From the IMG/VR virus record IMGVR_UViG_3300045988_047747: DNA of 42,720 bases; one strand, 5' to 3'. Of the stretch, positions 17,265 through 23,693 are shown one piece after another. The position numbers and the translations under genes were made by a program. The number at the start of each line of letters is the position of its first letter. The stretch's first letter is position 1. The notes beneath the pieces were generated by a model that was not told the origin of the DNA, did no database searches, and saw only the letters and a program-made list of their open reading frames with translations. The DNA comes from a virus.

Positions 17265-17549
17265 TTACTCCATATCTTCCAGAGCTTCAAGATACTTCGG
17301 GTAAAGATCTTCCACGACGGCCTGTCTCTCAACGTCGTCCAGATTGCCGTTCATGAGTGCCTCACCCTCTTTATCGGAGAGTTCGATGCTGGTAGTGACC
17401 ATCAGGTCGCGAGCGTCCAGATGAGAGGTCTTGACGTCGCCATCATCGGTAAGGTGCGCGTAAATCATCCAAACGCCGTTGTCGCACTCAATTTCGGTAC
17501 CGGTGGCCATAACCTTAGTTGCGAACTCGTCAGCAGTAAGCTTTTTCAT
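17265..17549 (-). CDS. Small strongly acidic protein (94 aa)
   Basis: GGAGGT SD before ATG 17549. Many D/E residues. First gene after a consensus promoter. Confidence 0.7.
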   Translation of the reverse strand: MKKLTADEFATKVMATGTEIECDNGVWMIYAHLTDDGDVKTSHLDARDLMVTTSIELSDKEGEALMNGNLDDVERQAVVEDLYPKYLEALEDME

Positions 17550-17601
17550 AATTGTTACCTCCATGTCTCCATGTGTTTGTGTGGTGTCTTTCACGGTCTT
17601 T

Positions 17602-17630
17602 ATTATACACGCATTGCGTGTAATTGTCAA
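17602..17630 (-). promoter_or_regulatory. Leftward consensus promoter TTGACA-17-TATAAT
   Basis: Minus strand reads ttgaca attacacgcaatgcgtg tataat. Confidence 0.75.
17606..17622. promoter_or_regulatory. Operator: perfect 8-1-8 palindrome tacacgca-t-tgcgtgta overlapping the spacer and -10
   Basis: Reverse complement checked by hand; only the central base differs. Confidence 0.7.
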
Positions 17631-17647
17631 GACTTTTTTGAAAATTT

Positions 17648-17664
17648 TATACGCGTTGCGTGCA
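17648..17664. promoter_or_regulatory. Second operator-like site (14/17 identical to 17606..17622)
   Basis: tatacgcgttgcgtgca, centred 42 nt from the centre of the first site. Confidence 0.5.
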
Positions 17665-17788
17665 AATCCTTGAGCGTCCATACAGCCCTGTGCTGTGTGG
17701 GCGCTTTTCTTTTTTGTCCTTCGTTGTGCGTTCGTTGTCTCTCACGGCGGTTTAAAAAAGTACACTGGGCGCAAAGGGAGGGGGTGCC

Positions 17789-18166
17789 ATGTGGCACAAG
17801 TTTAACCCAAACCCGCGCGGGAGCAGCGTCGGGGACTGCGTAGTGCGGGCGGTAGCTGCGGCCACCGGCCGGAGCTGGGAGCAGGCGTATATTGCGCTGG
17901 CGCTCACCGGTTACGCCCTCGGCGATATGCCCAGCGCTAACCGCACATGGGGCGCGTATCTTCAAAAACAGGGCTACAAGCGCCGCATGGTGGAAGCAGA
18001 CTGCACCACCTGTTACACCGTGGCAGATTTTGCCCGGGAGTATCCGCGCGGCGTGTATGTACTGGGCTGCTCCGGCCACGTTCTGGCCGTGATCGACGGC
18101 GCGTGGTGGGACAGCTGGGACAGCGGCGCAGAATGCCCGATCTACTACTGGTACAAGGAGGACTGA
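17789..18166 (+). CDS. Hypothetical protein with papain-like Cys/His signature
   Basis: GGGAGGGGG SD. NPNPRGSSVGDCVVRAV...GHVLAVIDG...WDS looks like a Cys-His-Asp peptidase layout. Confidence 0.6.
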   Translation: MWHKFNPNPRGSSVGDCVVRAVAAATGRSWEQAYIALALTGYALGDMPSANRTWGAYLQKQGYKRRMVEADCTTCYTVADFAREYPRGVYVLGCSGHVLAVIDGAWWDSWDSGAECPIYYWYKED

Positions 18167-18169
18167 TCC

Positions 18170-18613
18170 ATGCCGATCTATAACGGATACCCACAAGTGT
18201 TTTACCCGCAACAGCCGCAAGGGCAGTTGGAACAGCTCAGGGCAGCACAGTACCAGCCCCAGCCCGTCATGATGCCGACAATGCAGGGGCAGACCGCACC
18301 GACTGACAGCGGCTTTATTTGGGTACAGGGCGAAGCGGCTGCCCGGGGCTATCTGGTAGCCAACGGGAGCCGAGTGCTTTTACTGGATGCCGATTCCGAT
18401 ACCTTCTACATCAAAGAAGTGGGGCAGGACGGCAGGCCGTTCCCTCTTCGCATTTACGATTACAAAGAGCGCACCAGCGGCCCCAAAGCGTCGATTGCAG
18501 CCACGCAAGCCGCAGGCGGGGAGTATGTCACCCGCAAGGAGTTCGACGAGTTGGCGGCAAAGCTGGCGGCGTTGGAGAAGCAAGAAGCACCAGAGCCGGA
18601 AAAGGAGGGCTAA
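18170..18613 (+). CDS. Hypothetical protein, P/Q-rich N-terminus plus conserved-looking core (GFIWVQGEAAARGYLV...FYIKEV)
   Basis: AAGGAGG SD. 147 aa. Confidence 0.7.
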   Translation: MPIYNGYPQVFYPQQPQGQLEQLRAAQYQPQPVMMPTMQGQTAPTDSGFIWVQGEAAARGYLVANGSRVLLLDADSDTFYIKEVGQDGRPFPLRIYDYKERTSGPKASIAATQAAGGEYVTRKEFDELAAKLAALEKQEAPEPEKEG

Positions 18614-18616
18614 ACG

Positions 18617-18841
18617 ATGGGCAGCAGCTTGTATAACTCGATGGGCCGACAGACCCAGAATCCCATTGGCGGGCAGTTCCAGCAGTTTATGGGCCAGATG
18701 CAGGGAAAGAACCCGCAGGAGATGATAAACCAGATGCTCACCTCCGGCCAGCTCTCACAGCAGCAGCTCAACGCCATTCAGCAGCGGGCGCAGCAGATCG
18801 CGCCGATGCTCAACGGCATGAAAAATATGTTCGGATTCTGA
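18617..18841 (+). CDS. Small Q/N/M-rich protein (74 aa)
   Basis: AAAGGAGGG SD. Low-complexity sequence QFQQFMGQMQGKNPQEMINQML. Confidence 0.65.
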   Translation: MGSSLYNSMGRQTQNPIGGQFQQFMGQMQGKNPQEMINQMLTSGQLSQQQLNAIQQRAQQIAPMLNGMKNMFGF

Positions 18842-18894
18842 AATGCGGCCGCATTTAGAATAAATTTAAAAATCTAACGTAAAGGAGTAAAACT

Positions 18895-19734
18895 ATGTCT
18901 CTTTCTTCTGATAGCACGGTTCTGACCATGCCGGTGCAGCCCGCCAACGGCTACAGCAACGGCTTCAACGGCTGGGGAGGCGACTGGATGGGCTGGATCG
19001 TCCTCTTTCTGATTTTCGGCATGTTCGGCTGGGGCGGCATGGGCGGCTTTGGCTGGGGCGGCGGCATGGGCGGCGCTTCGCCTTATATGACCAGCGCTGT
19101 CACACAGGCAGACCTGCAGCGCGGCTTCGACAATCAGAGCGTCATGAACAAGCTGAATGGGCTGGAAAGCGGCCTGTGCGATGGCTTCTACGCCATGAAC
19201 ACCGGGATGCTTCAGGGCTTCAACGGCGTGCAGCAGGGCCTGAACGGCGTCACCAACGCCATGCAGCAGGGCTTCAACGGCACCAACATCGCGCTGATGC
19301 AGGGTCAGAATGCTCTGGCTACACAGCTGGCAGACTGCTGCTGCAAGACCCAGACCGCGATCCAGGGAGTCAACTACAATCTGGCCACTCAGGAGTGCGA
19401 CACCCGGAACCAGATGCAGCAGGGCTTCTGCGCAACGCAGAATGCCATGAACAACAACACCCGGGACATTATCGAGAATCAGAACAGCAACACCCGCGCG
19501 GTGCTCGACTTCCTGACCAACGATAAGATCGCCACCCTGCAGAGCGAGAACAACGAGCTGCGTCGGGCTGCTTCTCAGGATCGCCAGAGCGCGTTCCTGA
19601 CCACCGCGATGAATGCGCAGACCAACCAGATCATCGGGACTCTGCAGCAGAAAGCTCCCGTGCCTGCCTATCAGGTGCCCAACCCCAACGCCATTTACTA
19701 TGGCTGTGGGACCGGCTGCGGCAGCTGCGCATAA
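18895..19734 (+). CDS. Low-complexity membrane protein: G/W-rich TM region, QQGFNG-type repeats, CCC and C-terminal CGTGCGSCA
   Basis: AAAGGAG SD. 279 aa. GWGGDWMGWIVLFLIFGMFGWGGMGGFGWGGGMGG, then Q/N-rich repeats with conserved-looking Cys. Confidence 0.7.
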   Translation: MSLSSDSTVLTMPVQPANGYSNGFNGWGGDWMGWIVLFLIFGMFGWGGMGGFGWGGGMGGASPYMTSAVTQADLQRGFDNQSVMNKLNGLESGLCDGFYAMNTGMLQGFNGVQQGLNGVTNAMQQGFNGTNIALMQGQNALATQLADCCCKTQTAIQGVNYNLATQECDTRNQMQQGFCATQNAMNNNTRDIIENQNSNTRAVLDFLTNDKIATLQSENNELRRAASQDRQSAFLTTAMNAQTNQIIGTLQQKAPVPAYQVPNPNAIYYGCGTGCGSCA

Positions 19735-19826
19735 CTGAATCACGACAACTTTTTGAGTGGTTGTTTCCAAAATGGAAATGCCCACATCAAAATGTTCAGC
19801 CCCTGAGCTGATTTTGCAAACCAGAG

Positions 19827-19855
19827 CGCCGGGGCAGCAGTCCCGGCGTTTTTCT
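19827..19855 (+). terminator. Intrinsic terminator inside the cargo island
   Basis: cgccggg / cccggcg 7-bp stem, 8-nt loop, then TTTTTCT. Confidence 0.7.
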
Positions 19856-19873
19856 ATGAAAGGAGCCGATAAA

Positions 19874-20299
19874 ATGGCTGAATTTAGCAACTCCAACACC
19901 GTCATCGTGGCGGCGGGGGAAAACCTTCCCCTGACCGAGACCGCAGTGAAAGCCCCTGCTTGTATCGTGCACCGTGATGGAAGCGGCCTTGTGACCTTGC
20001 GCGGTCTGCCCAGCGGGCAGTGCCGGGCCCGTTTCAAAGTAAGCTTTGGCGGCAATATCGCCATTCCCACCGGCGGCACCGTGGGACCCATTTCCGTGGC
20101 GCTGGCTGTCGGCGGTGAGTCGCTGACCAGTGCGACCGCCATTGTCACCCCGGCGGCAGTCGAAAATTACTTCAACGTTTTTGTGGCTGCTTTCATCGAG
20201 GTGCCGCGCGGCTGCTGCGTGACCGTAGCGGTTAAAAACACCAGTACGCAGGCTGTCAGCATTGCAAACAGCAATCTGATCGTTGAGCGGGTAGCATAA
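19874..20299 (+). CDS. Beta-rich protein resembling BclA/C1q-like (TNF-fold) C-terminal domains
   Basis: AAAGGAG SD before ATG 19874. The pattern VIVAAGENLPL...IVHRDGSGLVTLRG...VALAVGGESL...VAVKNTSTQAVSIANSNLIVERV recalls exosporium BclA C-terminal domains. Confidence 0.5.
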   Translation: MAEFSNSNTVIVAAGENLPLTETAVKAPACIVHRDGSGLVTLRGLPSGQCRARFKVSFGGNIAIPTGGTVGPISVALAVGGESLTSATAIVTPAAVENYFNVFVAAFIEVPRGCCVTVAVKNTSTQAVSIANSNLIVERVA

Positions 20300-20315
20300 G
20301 AAAGGAGATAAAGTC

Positions 20316-20717
20316 ATGCTGGATAAACTGAATCACCTGAAGGACGAAATGTGCGACGAGCTCATGGAGCTGACCGACAAAAAGAACCGCTCCCCGGGTG
20401 ATATCGAGATGATCGGCGAGATCGTGGATATCATTCTGGACATCCACCGCATCGAGGACTACTGCGAGGGCGGCGATTACAGCCGTGCGGGTGAGTGGGA
20501 AGCTGACATGCGCGGGACTTTTGGCCACGATGCCGGGAACGGTTACAACCGGGGCAACAGCTACGCCAACCGTGGCCGTCACTATGTGCGCGGGCACTAC
20601 TCCCGCACGGATGGCCGTGAGCGCATGATCTCCGACATCGAGGACATGATGCAGGAAGCCACCGGTGCAGAGCGTGACGCCTACAAGCGGGCGGCAGACA
20701 TCCTGCGGAACGCATAA
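20316..20717 (+). CDS. Hypothetical protein (133 aa)
   Basis: AAAGGAG SD. Acidic ends with a basic G/R/Y-rich centre (GNGYNRGNSYANRGRHYVRGHYSR). Confidence 0.65.
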   Translation: MLDKLNHLKDEMCDELMELTDKKNRSPGDIEMIGEIVDIILDIHRIEDYCEGGDYSRAGEWEADMRGTFGHDAGNGYNRGNSYANRGRHYVRGHYSRTDGRERMISDIEDMMQEATGAERDAYKRAADILRNA

Positions 20718-20735
20718 GGAAGGAGGACGGCAGGC

Positions 20736-21065
20736 ATGGATATTGACGAGATCAATGAGCACATTCGCAAGCTCAAGTGCGAAGAAACCAGCTGGCAAAG
20801 CGTCAACAAGCTTGCCGCCCTCTGCACTGTGCGGGACGAGCTGGAAGAAAAGCAGGCACCTGAAACGCAGACCCAGTCATTGCCGCCCACGGATTACCGG
20901 GCGGCGTACTCCACAGCAGCGGAACCGCAAAGCGACTTTGTGGCGGCTGCCAGCTCTGTTCCTTTCGGAGGTCTGATGCAGGTGCTTGACGAGCACATGA
21001 AGGCAATAAAGCTGGTTTACCCGAAAGAGTATGAGCTCGTAATGCGGAAGATAAGCGACTTGTAA
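20736..21065 (+). CDS. Hypothetical protein (109 aa)
   Basis: AGGAGG SD. Last gene before attP. Confidence 0.65.
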   Translation: MDIDEINEHIRKLKCEETSWQSVNKLAALCTVRDELEEKQAPETQTQSLPPTDYRAAYSTAAEPQSDFVAAASSVPFGGLMQVLDEHMKAIKLVYPKEYELVMRKISDL

Positions 21066-21120
21066 AAAGACATAAAATGTGCTATTTTTACATGAGCTTC
21101 AACGTTAGGGCACGGGATGC

Positions 21121-21131
21121 ATAATCTAACG
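21121..21131 (+). repeat. Arm-type repeat ataatctaacg (left of the attP core)
   Basis: The exact 11-mer recurs at 21314..21324. Confidence 0.6.
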
Positions 21132-21179
21132 GAAAGCCAACAAATTGATGATTATTCACGTTAAAACGCCAAATAAATT

Positions 21180-21227
21180 TGATTTGTAATCAGTGGGTTG
21201 CGGGTTCAACTCCTGTCACCAGCTCCA
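21180..21227 (+). other. attP core candidate: 3' part of a tRNA-Thr(UGU)-like gene (anticodon loop to CCA)
   Basis: tga tttgtaa tcagt gggtt gcggg ttcaact cctgt caccagc t cca. No matching 5' half lies upstream. Site is adjacent to the integrase gene. Confidence 0.65.
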
Positions 21228-21234
21228 AAAATAA

Positions 21235-21279
21235 ACGCACGAACGATGAAAATGAATCGTTCGTGCGTTTTTCTTTTTG
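21235..21279. terminator. Strong hairpin terminator (bidirectional context)
   Basis: Perfect 13-bp stem acgcacgaacgat/atcgttcgtgcgt, loop gaaaatga, then TTTTTCTTTTT, with an A-run upstream. Confidence 0.8.
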
Positions 21280-21313
21280 CTTAAAATACCTTAAAATCTC
21301 CTGAATGAATGTA

Positions 21314-21335
21314 ATAATCTAACGAACAATCTAAC
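21314..21335 (+). repeat. Arm-type repeats ataatctaacg plus aatctaac (right of the attP core)
   Basis: Direct repeats lie between the core and the integrase stop codon. Confidence 0.6.
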
Positions 21336-21338
21336 AAA

Positions 21339-22472
21339 TCAGTACTTCATCTTCTGCATTTCCTGCAACAAATAGGCTGGATCGTTGTGGGACACGTACT
21401 TGTTTGCCGTGGTGGAGAAATTTTTGTGGCCCAAGATGGCCTGCACGGCGGTCTTTTCCAGGCCGCACTCCACCATCTTACTACTGGCCGTGTGGCGCAG
21501 CGTGTGTGGATGCACGCCCTCTATATGGCATTCCTGCATCAACGCCCGGAACTTTGTAGCCACGTTGCGCTTATCCAGCTTTGTGCAGGCCTTGGATGGA
21601 ATCAGCCATTCACACCCGCTGTCCAGCATCCAAAAGGCAATGATCTTGTAAATGGGCTCAAGGATGGGGATAATGCGGTTTTTGCCCATCTCGGTCTTTT
21701 CACCGCCCTGCATGTACCGCTCTTTCAGGTGCACGTCCTCGCAGCGCATGGAAAGCAGCTCGTCAATGCGCATACCGGTATAAAGAAGCACCATTGCGAT
21801 TTGCGCCGTCTGCCCAAACTTCGGGTCATTCTGTCGGCTGCTGATCTGCTCGATCTCTTGGGCGGTCAGGGTGCGTTCTTCCTTGCCTGTAGCCGCTGGG
21901 AGCTGCAAGAGCATAGCATAGTTTTTGTTTATGATGTCCTGAGCCATTGCCCACTCGCAGATCTGGCTGAAAAGCGTGCGCTGCTTTTCGCAGGAGCTGC
22001 GGGAGAGGCCCTTTTCCACCATTGCGTCAATGACCTGTTGATAATCTGCAGCTTTCAAGTCCCGCAATTGTCGGTCGTACAGCGGCGTAGCCTTTGCATA
22101 GGCCAGCTCATAACCCTTTTTCATGTCAGTGCTGAGCTTGTCAAATTTGGGCTGCGCTTTCCATTGGGCATAGGCATCCGCAAAGGTGCACTTCAGACGC
22201 GCTGCGGGGGTGTTCTGGGCGTTGTAAGCGTCTAATGCTTGTACGGCTTCGCCTGCCGTTTCAAACGTCCCCAGAACGTCCCTTTTGGCCGTAAGCGCCA
22301 CATACGGTCTTGCCCGCGTCCCGCTCAGTTTATACACGCTGCCGCTTCCCTTGGGACGGCGGCGCTTTTTTCTTTGCTGCGGGGCGGCTTCCGGCTGCTT
22401 TTTCCCGCACCACGGACAAAAAGAAGCACCATCCGGGATCTCTTTCCGGCAGCATGGTCTCACGCATTTCAT
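21339..22472 (-). CDS. int: Tyrosine integrase with N-terminal zinc-ribbon
   Basis: C-terminal HTLRHT...LGHKNFSTTANKYVH catalytic motifs. N-terminus CVRPCCRKEIPDGASFCPWCGKK. Confidence 0.9.
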   Translation of the reverse strand: MKCVRPCCRKEIPDGASFCPWCGKKQPEAAPQQRKKRRRPKGSGSVYKLSGTRARPYVALTAKRDVLGTFETAGEAVQALDAYNAQNTPAARLKCTFADAYAQWKAQPKFDKLSTDMKKGYELAYAKATPLYDRQLRDLKAADYQQVIDAMVEKGLSRSSCEKQRTLFSQICEWAMAQDIINKNYAMLLQLPAATGKEERTLTAQEIEQISSRQNDPKFGQTAQIAMVLLYTGMRIDELLSMRCEDVHLKERYMQGGEKTEMGKNRIIPILEPIYKIIAFWMLDSGCEWLIPSKACTKLDKRNVATKFRALMQECHIEGVHPHTLRHTASSKMVECGLEKTAVQAILGHKNFSTTANKYVSHNDPAYLLQEMQKMKY

Positions 22473-22475
22473 GGC

Positions 22476-23063
22476 TTACTCCTTTTTCTGCCCGATATAT
22501 CCGAAGGCACCATTTTCAGCAGCGGCCCTTCCGGCCTTGTAGTTGATCTTCAGGTCTTCAATGGGAGGGTGTGGAGCGTCCGGGCATGGGTCTAATCCCA
22601 TGCTCTGGGCAAAGTTGTATTGGTCGATGATTGTTCCGCATATGCTGACCCGGTTATTGAGCGGGCAGTGCAAATTTGCAGCTATCTCCGATATGACAGC
22701 AGGCGGGCTGCTGCCGTGACTGCCTTTCAGTATGAAGAGAAGCAGCCTTTTTGTCAGTGGCGGCAGGCTTACCACGAGACGGCGCAGCTCCGTGTTTAAC
22801 TCATCGTCTGCCTTGCCGTTATCCGGCACTTTGTACAGATCCGGGTGAGTCATCTCCATGAACACCGTGATGGGCGACACCCCACACGCCGTGCACCAGT
22901 CCATGATCTCGTCACTGTCCGGGCTGGTGCATCCTTTTTCCCAGCTCTGCACGGTGCGCTCTCCTTTTTCGATGCGCCTTGCGATCTCCGCTTGGCTCAG
23001 GCCAGCAGACACCCGCGTTTTTGCAAGTGCCTTTCCGATTTGGCTCGCCGTAAAATAACTCAT
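22476..23063 (-). CDS. XRE-family HTH protein with an approximately 130-aa C-terminal domain
   Basis: GGGGGTGA SD before ATG 23063. GLSQAEIARRIEKGERTVQSWEKG HTH. Stop lies 3 nt before the integrase start. Confidence 0.8.
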   Translation of the reverse strand: MSYFTASQIGKALAKTRVSAGLSQAEIARRIEKGERTVQSWEKGCTSPDSDEIMDWCTACGVSPITVFMEMTHPDLYKVPDNGKADDELNTELRRLVVSLPPLTKRLLLFILKGSHGSSPPAVISEIAANLHCPLNNRVSICGTIIDQYNFAQSMGLDPCPDAPHPPIEDLKINYKAGRAAAENGAFGYIGQKKE

Positions 23064-23094
23064 ACTTTCACCCCCATAAAACCAGTGTGTTTTT

Positions 23095-23128
23095 AACAAA
23101 AAATGGCGCAGAAAAAGTCTGCGCCATT
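23095..23128 (-). terminator. Terminator-like hairpin in the leader of the HTH-integrase operon
   Basis: Perfect 11-bp stem aatggcgcaga/tctgcgccatt, loop aaaag. On the minus strand it is followed by TTTTGTT, 38 nt before the ATG. Confidence 0.55.
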
Positions 23129-23166
23129 CGACAAATTTTATCCGTATTTTGTTTTCCAACGGCGCA

Positions 23167-23185
23167 TGGTAAAATCTGGATTATA
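23167..23185. promoter_or_regulatory. Overlapping opposed promoter elements: plus-strand TGgTAAAAT and minus-strand TATAAT
   Basis: tggtaaaat at 23167..23175. attata at 23180..23185 is TATAAT on the minus strand. Confidence 0.35.
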
Positions 23186-23221
23186 AATCGTAGATGTGCA
23201 CAAAAGAAAGGAGAAAACAAA

Positions 23222-23332
23222 ATGGATTTTGAGCAAAGAAACAGTAAAGAAACTGAAATGACCATCATCGACGGAATGCCTGCCAGCATCCTGACCGGCA
23301 CCGAACGCACCCCTGCACCTTGGGAGGAATGA
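23222..23332 (+). CDS. Small ORF (36 aa)
   Basis: AAAGGAG at 23208. Sequence MDFEQRNSKETEMTIIDGMPASILTGTERTPAPWEE. Confidence 0.45.
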   Translation: MDFEQRNSKETEMTIIDGMPASILTGTERTPAPWEE

Positions 23333-23335
23333 GTT

Positions 23336-23548
23336 ATGAAAAAGCTGTCACACTTTCGCACCCATGCCCGTGCCCTGCTGGCCTGCTATTTGGATATGAC
23401 CCCGGAGCAGCAGCGCCTTGCTCGCGCTTACATTCAAGATAAGGCCCTGCCGGAGGTGCAAGCCCTGCGTAACGCAGCCGGTACGCCCGGCGGGGCGCTG
23501 GCTGCTGACCTGTTGCAAAATTTGCAACATCCTTGCAACCGCGAATAG
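23336..23548 (+). CDS. Hypothetical protein (70 aa)
   Basis: GGGAGGA SD. Protein-like sequence, unlike the antisense alternatives. Confidence 0.6.
   Translation: MKKLSHFRTHARALLACYLDMTPEQQRLARAYIQDKALPEVQALRNAAGTPGGALAADLLQNLQHPCNRE
23513..23527. promoter_or_regulatory. Perfect 7-1-7 palindrome TTGCAAA-A-TTTGCAA plus nearby TTGCAA half-sites
   Basis: Further TTGCAA copies at 23533 and 23593. Confidence 0.4.
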
Positions 23549-23648
23549 CAACGTGCATTTTTTGCACATTGCTCGTGCATGCCGCGCGCATCTTGCAAAT
23601 ACGCATTTTTTGTGGATTTTTCCACTAAAAGCAGTGCACGAATGGGGA

Positions 23649-23677
23649 TTGACGACCACAACCAGCAGTTTTATAAT
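23649..23677 (+). promoter_or_regulatory. Near-consensus promoter TTGACG-17-TATAAT facing into the 3' end of the leftward SHOCT gene
   Basis: ttgacg accacaaccagcagttt tataat. A 7-bp inverted repeat cacaacc/ggttgtg brackets the -10. Confidence 0.65.
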
Positions 23678-23693
23678 ATGGTTGTGAACAGGC

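Noticed and set aside
18841-18856. 16-bp perfect palindrome aaatgcggccgcattt as an intrinsic terminator.
   Set aside because: As a hairpin it gives only a 6-bp stem with a 4-nt loop and no following T tract. It is more likely a protein-binding site or chance.
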